Assembly (NCBI GenBank): GCA_024655905.1
Contig: JANLFP010000004.1
Coordinates: 19,643 to 83,642, forward strand
Source of the DNA: Tepidanaerobacteraceae bacterium
GTDB lineage: Bacteria; Bacillota; Thermosediminibacteria; Thermosediminibacterales; Tepidanaerobacteraceae
DNA length: 64,000 bases
Reading direction: 5' to 3'
The translations under genes and the position numbers were made by a program. How positions within the stretch are numbered: position 1 is the first letter of the stretch; every line of letters begins with the position of its first letter. The notes beneath the pieces are model-generated. The model saw nothing but the letters and a program-made list of their open reading frames with translations. It did not search any database and was not told where the DNA came from. Positions 50,702-60,123 of this stretch are shown here, piece by piece.

Positions 50702-52828
50702 ATGAGTAAATTATTGCAAAATATAAAAAATGAAATACGATGGGAAATATATGGAGTTTTACTTATATCTTCCGGAATTTTATGCTTTTTTTCGTTATAT
50801 ACCAATGCTGTCGGTATAGTTGGATTTTTAATAAACAGGTATCTTAGAGGTTTTTTTGGAAGTGCTGCAATTATAACCCCGATTATTATAGTGTTGTGGG
50901 GAATTTATTATCTTTACAAAAGAAAGAATATCGAGTTTACTCCAAAGCTTGCAGGGTTGTTCATTATTCTTCTCATGCTTATCTGGATGTTTCATATAAA
51001 ATTGTATATTTCTATGAAGGGATTGAAATTCTTAGAAAGATTAAACAAAAGTGTTGATTTTGGCCTCAAGGGCATAGGTGGAGGAATTTTGGGCGAACTA
51101 GGGCTTAGTGCTTTAATGGGAGTTTTTGGAAATACCGGTTCGTATATTTTGATGGCTACCTTTACTTTCATAGGCATTATATTGACGACAGGCATATCTA
51201 TATCAGCATTTATTGACAGAATGAAAAACAAGAATCCCGCCAAAAACATAAATATTGTAACCTTGAATGAAAACGATGAAAAAATAAAAGTATTAAATTC
51301 ATCATCAAAAACTAATATTAAAAAAGTTGAATCACAATCAATAAAACCTGAAGATAAAACCATAGCAGTACCAATTTCTTCTGACGAACCAATAATAATT
51401 CAAAATAATACGACGAACAATTTGAATTATAACCTGCCTCCAATTTCATTGCTCAAAAAAAGTTTTGTAAAATCAAACTCATTTAGCGAAAAGGAGCTCT
51501 TGAACAATGCACAAATTTTAGAAAAAACGCTTGATAGTTTTGGAATTCAGGCAAAAGTTATACAGGTTAGTTGTGGTCCCGCAATTACTAGATTTGAAAT
51601 CCAGCCTTCACCGGGAATAAAAGTAAGCAGAATAGTAAGTTTAGCGGATGATATCGCTTTGAGTCTGGCTGCTCCCGATATAAGAATAGAAGCGCCGATT
51701 CCAGGCAAAGCAGCTGTGGGCATAGAAGTTCCCAACAAACGGGTTTCAAGCGTGCTCCTTAGAGATGTGCTTGAAACTCAGGAATTTAGGACGTCGTCAA
51801 AATTAACAATAGCGCTAGGCAAAGACATCGGGGGGAATCCTGTTACAGCGGATCTTGCAGAAATGCCGCATCTTCTTATCGCGGGAGCTACCGGTTCGGG
51901 AAAGAGCGTATGTATTAATACAATTATTTCCAGTATTTTATTTAAAGCATTTCCTCATGAAGTTAAACTGCTTTTGATTGATCCGAAGGTTGTAGAGCTG
52001 AATGTATATAACGATATACCTCATTTATTGACACCAGTAGTTACCGATGCAAAAAAAGCTGCTTTTGCGCTCAACTGGATCGTTTCTGAAATGGAAAAAA
52101 GGTACCAGACTTTTGCAAAAGAAGGTGTGCGCGATATATCAAGATATAATGAACTTAATACGACCGCACCTTTTTCAAAAATTCTTGTAATTATAGACGA
52201 ACTTGCAGATCTTATGATGGTTTCTCCTAAAGAAGTAGAGGATAGCATATGCAGATTGGCACAGATGGCTAGAGCTGCAGGGATTCATCTGGTTGTGGCC
52301 ACTCAGAGGCCTTCGGTAGATGTTATAACCGGATTGATAAAAGCCAACATACCATCAAGGATTTCCTTTGCGGTGTCATCTCAGGTTGATTCAAGGACTA
52401 TTTTGGATATGTCAGGAGCTGAAAAGCTTTTGGGTAAGGGAGATATGTTATTTTTCCCGGTTGGAGCCTCAAAACCGATAAGAATTCAGGGGGCGTATAT
52501 TTCCGAGGAGGAAGTTGAAAAACTTGTGGAGTTTATAAAAAAGCAAAAGCAGCCTATTTACGAAAAAACCTTGTCTGACTTCAAAGAAATAGAATTGGAT
52601 AAGGATTTGGAAACAGATGAACTTTTAAAGGAAGCTCTCAGTCTTGTAATAGACAGCGGTCAGGCTTCCATTTCAATGCTGCAGCGAAGACTTCGCATCG
52701 GGTATGCTCGAGCAGCCAGATTGATTGACATGATGGAAGAAAAAGGCTTTATAGGTGGATTTGAAGGGACAAAACCCAGAGAAATATTAATAACAAAGGA
52801 GCAATTTAACAGATATTTCAACAATTAA
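50702..52828 (+). CDS. ftsK: DNA translocase FtsK/SpoIIIE
   Basis: N-terminal TM segments, a motor domain with Walker A GATGSGKS and a gamma winged-helix domain (ISMLQRRLRIGYARAARLID). Confidence 0.96.
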   Translation: MSKLLQNIKNEIRWEIYGVLLISSGILCFFSLYTNAVGIVGFLINRYLRGFFGSAAIITPIIIVLWGIYYLYKRKNIEFTPKLAGLFIILLMLIWMFHIKLYISMKGLKFLERLNKSVDFGLKGIGGGILGELGLSALMGVFGNTGSYILMATFTFIGIILTTGISISAFIDRMKNKNPAKNINIVTLNENDEKIKVLNSSSKTNIKKVESQSIKPEDKTIAVPISSDEPIIIQNNTTNNLNYNLPPISLLKKSFVKSNSFSEKELLNNAQILEKTLDSFGIQAKVIQVSCGPAITRFEIQPSPGIKVSRIVSLADDIALSLAAPDIRIEAPIPGKAAVGIEVPNKRVSSVLLRDVLETQEFRTSSKLTIALGKDIGGNPVTADLAEMPHLLIAGATGSGKSVCINTIISSILFKAFPHEVKLLLIDPKVVELNVYNDIPHLLTPVVTDAKKAAFALNWIVSEMEKRYQTFAKEGVRDISRYNELNTTAPFSKILVIIDELADLMMVSPKEVEDSICRLAQMARAAGIHLVVATQRPSVDVITGLIKANIPSRISFAVSSQVDSRTILDMSGAEKLLGKGDMLFFPVGASKPIRIQGAYISEEEVEKLVEFIKKQKQPIYEKTLSDFKEIELDKDLETDELLKEALSLVIDSGQASISMLQRRLRIGYARAARLIDMMEEKGFIGGFEGTKPREILITKEQFNRYFNN

Positions 52829-52913
52829 TATATGGGTTCAGTCGAATAATGCCTAAAAAATGTTAATTTTGCTATTACCTGGGAAATATCAATAAAGATA
52901 AGGAGGGGCAAAA

Positions 52914-53765
52914 TTGGATAACGACATGAATGAAATTTCAACCATTAAAGAACTTGGAGATTTGCTTAAAAAAGCAAGAGAGAAAAAGGGCATTCAACTT
53001 GAATCAATCCAAAAGAATACTAAAATTCGCCTGAAATATCTGCATGCTATTGAAGATGGTGAATTTTCCGCGATCCCGGGCGGCGACGTATATATAAAAG
53101 GATTCTTGAAAAATTATGCCGAAGCCGTCGGTTTGCCCCCTTCTGAAATACTTTTGCTATATAAAAAAATCTGCTGCATTAAAAACAAAGAAATTCCTAA
53201 ACCTGAAGAAAATCATTCCGATCATGAGCCCTTAGAATATGCAGAAGTACAAAAACGAAGCTTCAAGTTTATGAGCATAGCAATGATGGTACTAGCATTT
53301 TTGACTTTAATGTTTTACGGCATCAAATCTTTTCAACATAAACCGGCCAGTTATTCAAATGAAAAACTTCAGGATCAATTACATCAGCCTGTACAGATTC
53401 CTGATTCAAAACAACAAGAAAATGTTCTAGGAGATGGTTCGCAACAAACTTCGGGAAATATTAATAAGGCTGTTGTTGAAGTTATGGAAGATTCATCCAA
53501 CAATACAATATATACTGTTCAAGCCAAAACGATAGATGTTGTTGTCGAAACGATCCAGGGAAGATGCTGGATTTCAGTTAGAAAGGATGGCAAGATGGAT
53601 TATGAAGGAATATTAACACAGGAAGATAAAAAAATTTGGACTGCAGATGAAGAACTGGTTATAAGAGTGGGGAATCCACAGGTGATAAAATTAAATGTAA
53701 ATGGGCAAGATTTTGGCATTATAGGAGGCAAAACTAGGAATTTGATTTTTAAAAGGAGAGAATGA
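52914..53765 (+). CDS. rodZ: RodZ-like protein (XRE HTH, TM, DUF4115)
   Basis: N-terminal HTH (LGDLLKKAREKKGIQLESIQKNTKIRLKYLHAIE), a central TM segment and a C-terminal beta-rich domain. Confidence 0.75.
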   Translation: MDNDMNEISTIKELGDLLKKAREKKGIQLESIQKNTKIRLKYLHAIEDGEFSAIPGGDVYIKGFLKNYAEAVGLPPSEILLLYKKICCIKNKEIPKPEENHSDHEPLEYAEVQKRSFKFMSIAMMVLAFLTLMFYGIKSFQHKPASYSNEKLQDQLHQPVQIPDSKQQENVLGDGSQQTSGNINKAVVEVMEDSSNNTIYTVQAKTIDVVVETIQGRCWISVRKDGKMDYEGILTQEDKKIWTADEELVIRVGNPQVIKLNVNGQDFGIIGGKTRNLIFKRRE

Positions 53766-53779
53766 ATCTCTCCTTTTAA
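53753..53779 (+). terminator. Terminator hairpin spanning the rodZ stop codon
   Basis: AAGGAGAGA / TCTCTCCTT 9-bp stem with loop ATGAA and trailing TTTT. Confidence 0.6.
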
Positions 53780-53780
53780 A

Positions 53781-53809
53781 TTTACATAAAGCTTAAAATA
53801 TTGTATACT
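53781..53809 (+). promoter_or_regulatory. Sigma-A-type promoter for rimO
   Basis: TTTACA, a 17-nt spacer, then TATACT. Confidence 0.55.
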
Positions 53810-53839
53810 TACAAAGTAAGAAAAACGAGGGGGATAAAT

Positions 53840-55162
53840 GTGTCTATCAAAGTGGGCTTAATTTCATTGGGATGTGACAAAAACCTTGTGGATTCAGAAT
53901 ATATGTTGGGAAATCTTAAAAAATCCGGATATATTATAACAAACAAAGAGGCTCAAGCCGATGTAATTATAGTAAATACTTGCGGTTTTATTGAGACTGC
54001 CAAACAAGAATCCATAGATACCATACTTGAAATGGCTGAATTAAAAAAACATGGCAAATGCAAACTTCTTATAGCTACTGGATGCCTTGCTCAAAGGTAC
54101 AGCAAAGAACTTCTTTCTGAGATACCGGAATTGGATGCAGTCATAGGTACCGGAGACTTTGATAAAATTGATAAGATAATTCAACAAAAACCTATGGAAA
54201 GGATAAATCTTACAAATAATAAAAGCTTTCTGGATTATGATATAGAAAATAGATTGACATCATATCCTTATTTTGCTTTTGTAAAAATAGCCGAAGGTTG
54301 CAATAACTGTTGCACTTATTGCACAATACCACAAATAAAAGGAAGATACAAAAGCAGATATATTGATTCAATAGCAAGAGAAGTGGAAACCTTAGTTTCT
54401 CAAGGAATTCGAGAAATAAATCTGGTAGCTCAAGACACTTCGTGTTATGGTAAGGATATTTATGGCAAACCATCACTTGCGTTATTACTAAAAGAGCTGG
54501 AAAAAATATCGGGTAATTTCTGGATAAGAATTTTATATGCATATCCAAACAACATTAATGATGAACTGTTGAATACAATTAAAAACAGTTCTAAGATTGT
54601 TAAGTATTTAGACATACCGCTTCAACATATAAGCGATCGTATATTAAAACTTATGAATAGATCGACGGATAGCCGTTTTATTAAAGGATTAATAGAAAAA
54701 ATCAGGGCACATATTCCCGATATTACTTTGAGAACCACATTTATTGTGGGTTTCCCAACAGAGACTGAAGAAGAATTTAATGAACTTTTGGATTTTATAC
54801 GTATATATGAATTCGATAGGGTCGGAGCATTTAAATATTCAAGAGAAGAAAATACCCCTGCATATTATTTGGTACCGCAGATATCGCAAACAATTAAAGA
54901 AAAAAGATATAAAAGATTGATGATGCTGCAAAAGACCATTTCCCGAAAGAAAAATAAAAGACTTGAAGGCAAAACTTTGGAGGTCCTTGCAGAACATTTT
55001 GATCCTTCAACAAACATTATTGTTGGTCGTTCGCAAAAAGATGCTCCCTTTGTAGACGGAACGGTAAGATTCAATTGCAATTCATGTAACCTAGGAAATT
55101 TTTATGTGGTTAAAATTAAAAAATCTCTGGAATACGACCTTATAGGAGAAACTATACAATAG
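53840..55162 (+). CDS. rimO: Ribosomal protein S12 methylthiotransferase RimO
   Basis: UPF0004 N-terminus (SLGCDKNLVDSE), a radical-SAM CNNCCTYC motif and a TRAM C-terminus. The GTG start lies 6 nt after GAGGGGG. Confidence 0.92.
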   Translation: MSIKVGLISLGCDKNLVDSEYMLGNLKKSGYIITNKEAQADVIIVNTCGFIETAKQESIDTILEMAELKKHGKCKLLIATGCLAQRYSKELLSEIPELDAVIGTGDFDKIDKIIQQKPMERINLTNNKSFLDYDIENRLTSYPYFAFVKIAEGCNNCCTYCTIPQIKGRYKSRYIDSIAREVETLVSQGIREINLVAQDTSCYGKDIYGKPSLALLLKELEKISGNFWIRILYAYPNNINDELLNTIKNSSKIVKYLDIPLQHISDRILKLMNRSTDSRFIKGLIEKIRAHIPDITLRTTFIVGFPTETEEEFNELLDFIRIYEFDRVGAFKYSREENTPAYYLVPQISQTIKEKRYKRLMMLQKTISRKKNKRLEGKTLEVLAEHFDPSTNIIVGRSQKDAPFVDGTVRFNCNSCNLGNFYVVKIKKSLEYDLIGETIQ

Positions 55163-55206
55163 AAAAATTAACATGAAGACATTGTAAGTTTTGCCTTTTT
55201 CTTTTC

Positions 55207-55236
55207 AAGACAAAAATGTAACAGATATGCTATAAT
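55207..55236 (+). promoter_or_regulatory. Candidate promoter (extended -10) for the membrane-protein/FtsH-like pair
   Basis: AAGACA, an 18-nt spacer, then TGcTATAAT. Confidence 0.5.
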
Positions 55237-55268
55237 TATATTATGTAAACTAAAGAGGTGTATTGTAT

Positions 55269-55778
55269 TTGGATATTAATAGGGCAAAATTTATTCGAAT
55301 CGCAGCAATAACGTGCATATCACTTATTATAATGCTTACCGCTCAGTGGATATATACGAAAATTACAATTGAAAAGTCATTGGCTAGCACTATATTACAG
55401 AAACCATGGATTGAAAAGGTTGAAATAAAAAATGATTTAGGGAAGGTTATGATTTTTATAAGCTTTAAAGATACTGATAACTTTATGGAAGCTTATGATA
55501 ATTTGTATGAAACAATAAATTATAATTTGAAAGGCAAACCGTTTTCCATAGTTATAATTAATGAACCAGATATTACTTTAAAAGAAGCTTATGAAAATTC
55601 TATTCAATTTGTTATATATGAGGCTGTGAAGACAGGCAATTACACGGAGATGAAAAAGAAACTTGATGAAGTTAGCTCTTTAAAAAAAATAAATATACAA
55701 TCATATATTAATCATAAAAATGTATATTTAAAACTCAAGCATGGAAATCATTATTTCTACTGTGTCATAGAAAAATAG
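55269..55778 (+). CDS. Hypothetical single-pass membrane protein (about 169 aa)
   Basis: One N-terminal TM segment (IAAITCISLIIMLTAQWIY) followed by a soluble domain. The TTG at 55269 lies 8 nt after AAGAGGTG. I recognise no family. Confidence 0.5.
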   Translation: MDINRAKFIRIAAITCISLIIMLTAQWIYTKITIEKSLASTILQKPWIEKVEIKNDLGKVMIFISFKDTDNFMEAYDNLYETINYNLKGKPFSIVIINEPDITLKEAYENSIQFVIYEAVKTGNYTEMKKKLDEVSSLKKINIQSYINHKNVYLKLKHGNHYFYCVIEK

Positions 55779-55803
55779 AATTAGGGAAAGGGATGGAGAG
55801 CCG

Positions 55804-57279
55804 ATGTTATTAGAGATGGGTATAGGCATTTTTGCAGGTTTTACCATTTTTCTTCTGTTAAATGGAATAAATGTTTTGCCTTTGGTAGCAATGCTGATAT
55901 TTTCATATATATTATATAACCTAGTTGACAAATCAAATTTTTTAAAAAATAATTCAAAAGTAATCATTGGGGAAAACGACATCACTTTCGATAATATCGG
56001 TGGTCAGGATGTGGCTAAAAATGAATTAATTGAAGCTCTGGATTTTATTAAGAACTATGAAGAAGTCAAAAAACTGGGTATCAGACCCATCAGAGGAATT
56101 TTGCTTACAGGAGCTCCGGGTACAGGCAAGACACTAATGGCAAAAGCCGCAACATCATATATAGATTCCGTTTTTGTATCGGCATCGGGAAGTGAATTTA
56201 TCGAAATGTATGCAGGGGTTGGAGCCCAACGAGTCAGGCAATTGTTTGAAAGCGCAAGAAACCTTGCAAAAAAAATGTCAAAAAAACACGGAGTGGTATT
56301 CATAGACGAAATTGAAGTAATTGCTGGAATTCGCGGTAAGCATACAAGCCATCTTGAATACGATCAGACGTTGAATCAGCTTCTTGTCGAAATGGATGGC
56401 ATTTCTTCCAATGAAGACGTGAATATTCTAGTGATAGCAGCCACAAACCGTCCAGATATATTAGATCCTGCCATACTGCGTCCTGGCAGGTTTGACAGAG
56501 TAGTAAAAGTAGACCTGCCGGATAAAGATGGTAGATTGGAGATTTTGAAACTTTACACCAAGAATAAACCATTGGCTGATGACATAGATCTGGAAAAAAT
56601 AGCCAGAGAAACTTTTGGCTTTTCTGGCGCTCACCTTGAAAATCTTTGCAATGAAGCAGCAATACTGGCCATGCGTGCCAGAGAGGATAAGATAAGGCAG
56701 TCGCATTTTATTGAAGCCATAGATAAAGTGATAATGGGCGAAAAGCTCAACAGAAAACCCACTGATGAGGAAAGAAAAAGAATTGCAGTTCATGAATGTG
56801 GACATGCTCTTATAAGCGAACTGTTAAATCCCAATTCCGTTTCCACAGTTACAATAACTTCCAGAGGCCATGCACTTGGCTACATGAGGCAAAAAACAGA
56901 TGATGACATTTATCTATATACAATACCGTATCTTGAATCTCAAATATCGGTAGCATTAGCAGGCGCAGCTGCAGAAGAAATGGTTTTTGGTGACAGCAGC
57001 TCAGGTGCTTCCAGCGATTTTGAACAGGCTGTAAATATTGCAAAAAAGATAATTTTTTCTGGAATGTCAAAAATGGGGATTGTAGATAAAGAGACCATTC
57101 CACAAGAACAACTTCATAAAGAAATTACAAATATCGTAACAGAACAGAAAAATCGAGTGATTAATCTTTTGAAAGAAAACAAAGACATATTGCAAGAGAT
57201 AGCTGAATACTTGATAAATAACGAAAAAATTGATGGCGATGCATTTAGGAATTATTTAAAAGAATCCAAAGCAGCATAA
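55804..57279 (+). CDS. Short FtsH-like AAA+ zinc metalloprotease (no extracytoplasmic domain)
   Basis: Two adjacent N-terminal TM segments, Walker A GAPGTGKT, Walker B VVFIDEIE, the second region of homology (SRH) ATNRPDILDPAILRPGRFDR and the HEXXH motif HECGH. It is only 491 aa. Confidence 0.85.
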   Translation: MLLEMGIGIFAGFTIFLLLNGINVLPLVAMLIFSYILYNLVDKSNFLKNNSKVIIGENDITFDNIGGQDVAKNELIEALDFIKNYEEVKKLGIRPIRGILLTGAPGTGKTLMAKAATSYIDSVFVSASGSEFIEMYAGVGAQRVRQLFESARNLAKKMSKKHGVVFIDEIEVIAGIRGKHTSHLEYDQTLNQLLVEMDGISSNEDVNILVIAATNRPDILDPAILRPGRFDRVVKVDLPDKDGRLEILKLYTKNKPLADDIDLEKIARETFGFSGAHLENLCNEAAILAMRAREDKIRQSHFIEAIDKVIMGEKLNRKPTDEERKRIAVHECGHALISELLNPNSVSTVTITSRGHALGYMRQKTDDDIYLYTIPYLESQISVALAGAAAEEMVFGDSSSGASSDFEQAVNIAKKIIFSGMSKMGIVDKETIPQEQLHKEITNIVTEQKNRVINLLKENKDILQEIAEYLINNEKIDGDAFRNYLKESKAA

Positions 57280-57354
57280 AGATTTTTTTAAAATGCGTAG
57301 GAAAGCGTAAATATTCCTTAATATAAGGCTTTCCGCAAGCATTTCAAAAAATCT
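57280..57354 (+). repeat. Intergenic three-tier hairpin element, copy B (related to 47341-47397)
   Basis: Three stems: AGATTTTTT/AAAAAATCT, AAATGC/GCATTT and GGAAAGC/GCTTTCC. They enclose a 21-nt loop beginning GTAAATA. No T-tract follows. Confidence 0.6.
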
Positions 57355-57479
57355 ACCGATTTAATTTGGGCATTGTGCCCGAGGATTTGAAATCAAAGAT
57401 TTTTTATAAAAAATAAAGGGTTATAAAAAAAAACCACGAATAATCTATATATAAAATTTTATTTAAGGTGATGATTTAT

Positions 57480-58718
57480 ATGAAAGCAGAAACCATCGCT
57501 GTGGGTTCAGAATTGCTTTTAGGACAAATAAGCAATACCAATGCCCAGATAATATCAAAGGCACTTCAGAAAATAGGAATTGATGTTTTCTATCATACCT
57601 GCGTGGGAGATAACGAAGAAAGGATTAAGCAGGTATTTAAAATAGCAATGGAACGTTCGGACATTATAATTTTTACCGGAGGCCTTGGGCCGACAATGGA
57701 CGATCTGACGAAAGAAACAGTTGCATCATTTTTGAACCTTCCGTTGGTACTAGATGAGTCTTCTCTGAAAAAAATCAAATCTTACTTTGATAAAAGAGGA
57801 AGAACAATGACGCAGAATAACTACAAGCAAGCGCTTATCCCAGAAGGTTCGGAGCCTATCATGAATAAAAATGGGACTGCGCCGGGGGTTCTGCTGAAGT
57901 TTTGCGGTAAAATAATCATCATGCTGCCCGGTCCTCCTTTTGAAATGGAACCAATGCTTATGGAATCAGTAATACCTTATTTATCAAAGTTGAGTCAAAA
58001 AACCATTTTCTCCAGGGTGTTAAAATTTTATGGAATAGGTGAATCGCTGCTGGAAGAAAAAATAAAGGATTTAATAATAATACAATCAAATCCTACCATC
58101 GCCCCGCTGGCCAAGATGGGAGAGGTTACTCTCAGGATTACCGCAAAAGCTCAAGATTTGGAAACCGCAGAGAAAATGATTCAACCAATAGAAAAAGAAA
58201 TAAAAGATAGAGTTGGTGAATATTTTTACGGATACGATGAGGAACGCATAGAAGAAATAGTTGCCAAAATGCTGATATCGAGCAAAACAACCATTTCTAT
58301 TGCCGAATCGTGTACAGGAGGACTCCTAGCTCATAAACTAACAGATATTCCGGGTATATCTGATGTTTTTGATAGGTGTATAGTTTCCTATAGCAACAAA
58401 TCAAAGCAGGAGTTATTGCGTGTTAAAGCAGAAACCATAGAAAAGCATGGAGCTGTAAGCGAGAAAGCTGCGGCAGAAATGGCAGAAGGAATAAGAATTT
58501 TATCGGGAACAGATATAGGGGTATCTATTACCGGTATAGCCGGCCCGGGAGGTGGAACTCAAGAAAAACCGGTAGGTTTAGTATATATTGGATTTGCGGA
58601 TTTAAGAAATACCATAGTTGAAGAATACCTTTTCAATGGTTGCAGAGATGTTATAAAGCATCGCGCAGCAAATGCGGCACTACATATGATAAGGAGAATG
58701 CTTGAAACAACCGGGTGA
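57480..58718 (+). CDS. cinA: CinA: MoCF-biosynthesis-like domain plus NMN deamidase (PncC) domain
   Basis: Starts MKAETIAVGSELLLGQI, contains TGGLGPT, and has the C-terminal ESCTGG PncC motif. Confidence 0.94.
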   Translation: MKAETIAVGSELLLGQISNTNAQIISKALQKIGIDVFYHTCVGDNEERIKQVFKIAMERSDIIIFTGGLGPTMDDLTKETVASFLNLPLVLDESSLKKIKSYFDKRGRTMTQNNYKQALIPEGSEPIMNKNGTAPGVLLKFCGKIIIMLPGPPFEMEPMLMESVIPYLSKLSQKTIFSRVLKFYGIGESLLEEKIKDLIIIQSNPTIAPLAKMGEVTLRITAKAQDLETAEKMIQPIEKEIKDRVGEYFYGYDEERIEEIVAKMLISSKTTISIAESCTGGLLAHKLTDIPGISDVFDRCIVSYSNKSKQELLRVKAETIEKHGAVSEKAAAEMAEGIRILSGTDIGVSITGIAGPGGGTQEKPVGLVYIGFADLRNTIVEEYLFNGCRDVIKHRAANAALHMIRRMLETTG

Positions 58719-58722
58719 TTGA

Positions 58723-60123
58723 ATGGATTTTAAAAAAGCCGTAAAAATTGCTGGTGCTTTTATATGCTCTCTTTTATTCATACATTTTTTTGATAACTTA
58801 ATTATAAATATTAACGGTGTGGAACTTGCTCTAAATTTCAAACTTGCATGGAAAGGATCAACATCCATTGTCTTGCCTCCGCTTGGAGTGCTTAAATCTG
58901 CTACCCATAAGGCGCCTATACAAATCAAAATAATATTGCAGAATATAAATCTTGACTTTATAAAATCTATACTGGACTCTGCTCTGGATAAGCAGGGGCT
59001 CATTCTGATATTTAAAAAACAATTTTATAAAACTCTTAATGCGCTAGTTGTAAAAACGTTATTGCTGGGTTTTTTGGGAGGTGCTTTTGGAGGAATTGTT
59101 TTTAGACTAAATAAAAAAGAAGTAATATTATGTTCGTTTATAGGGTTGGCAATTGCAGTTTTTCTCTTAACTGCGGTTTTCGCTACTTATAACGTGGATG
59201 CTTTTAATACGCCGGAGTATTCTGGGACTTTAAAAGCTGCTCCCTGGATTATAGGTCTATTGAATAAGGGCTATGCTCAGATAAATGAACTTGGCAAGCA
59301 GCTGAAAAAGATGTCCGACAATATATCGACAGTATTTTCACAGATGGAAAGCATTGATCCAATAGAAGGAAATAGCACTGTTGTCAAGGTGCTGCATGTT
59401 AGCGATATTCACAATAATCCGGCGGGCTATGATTTTATGGAACAGGTGGTCAAAAATTTTAAGATTGACTTTATAATCGATACGGGAGATATAACCGATT
59501 ATGGCACACCATTAGAAGATGTGATAATAAAAGACCTGGGAAAGCTGTCTGTAAAATACATTTATATTCCTGGAAATCACGATTCACAAAGTGTAATCGA
59601 TATGTTAAAAAAGGTCAAGAGCGTATTTGTTATTGATGGTAAAATGATCAATATAGAAGGAATCAACATATTGGGATTTGCCGATCCCGCCTCAAAAACA
59701 GGTGATATTGAAACGCCTGATGACACGAAAATTATGGAACAAAATGCGATAATCAAAAATTTCCTGAATACAACACATAATAAACCCGATATACTGGCAG
59801 TGCACAACCCTAGAATTACCGAAAATTTATCAGGAGAGGTTCCTGTCATATTGAATGGACATACCCATAAATTAAATATATACGAAAGTAAAGGTAGCGT
59901 TGTGATAAATGCCGGTTCAACAGGAGCGGCCGGAATACGGGGATTCCAAACAAATAGCGATATTTTCTATTCGGCTGTAGTGCTGTATTTTGAAAAACCG
60001 CAAAACAACCGAAAAGCTAGACTTATTGCTTCCGATATAATAAAAATATCGAATCTGAGGGCAGGATTCCAGGTGGAACGAATATTTTTTAACCAAAACC
60101 AAGGAGGCGTCAACACCCCTTGA
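58723..60123 (+). CDS. Membrane-anchored calcineurin-like metallophosphoesterase
   Basis: About 3 TM segments in the N-terminal 170 aa, followed by the MPE motifs HVSDIH, DTGDITD, GNHD and GHTH. Confidence 0.8.
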   Translation: MDFKKAVKIAGAFICSLLFIHFFDNLIININGVELALNFKLAWKGSTSIVLPPLGVLKSATHKAPIQIKIILQNINLDFIKSILDSALDKQGLILIFKKQFYKTLNALVVKTLLLGFLGGAFGGIVFRLNKKEVILCSFIGLAIAVFLLTAVFATYNVDAFNTPEYSGTLKAAPWIIGLLNKGYAQINELGKQLKKMSDNISTVFSQMESIDPIEGNSTVVKVLHVSDIHNNPAGYDFMEQVVKNFKIDFIIDTGDITDYGTPLEDVIIKDLGKLSVKYIYIPGNHDSQSVIDMLKKVKSVFVIDGKMINIEGINILGFADPASKTGDIETPDDTKIMEQNAIIKNFLNTTHNKPDILAVHNPRITENLSGEVPVILNGHTHKLNIYESKGSVVINAGSTGAAGIRGFQTNSDIFYSAVVLYFEKPQNNRKARLIASDIIKISNLRAGFQVERIFFNQNQGGVNTP

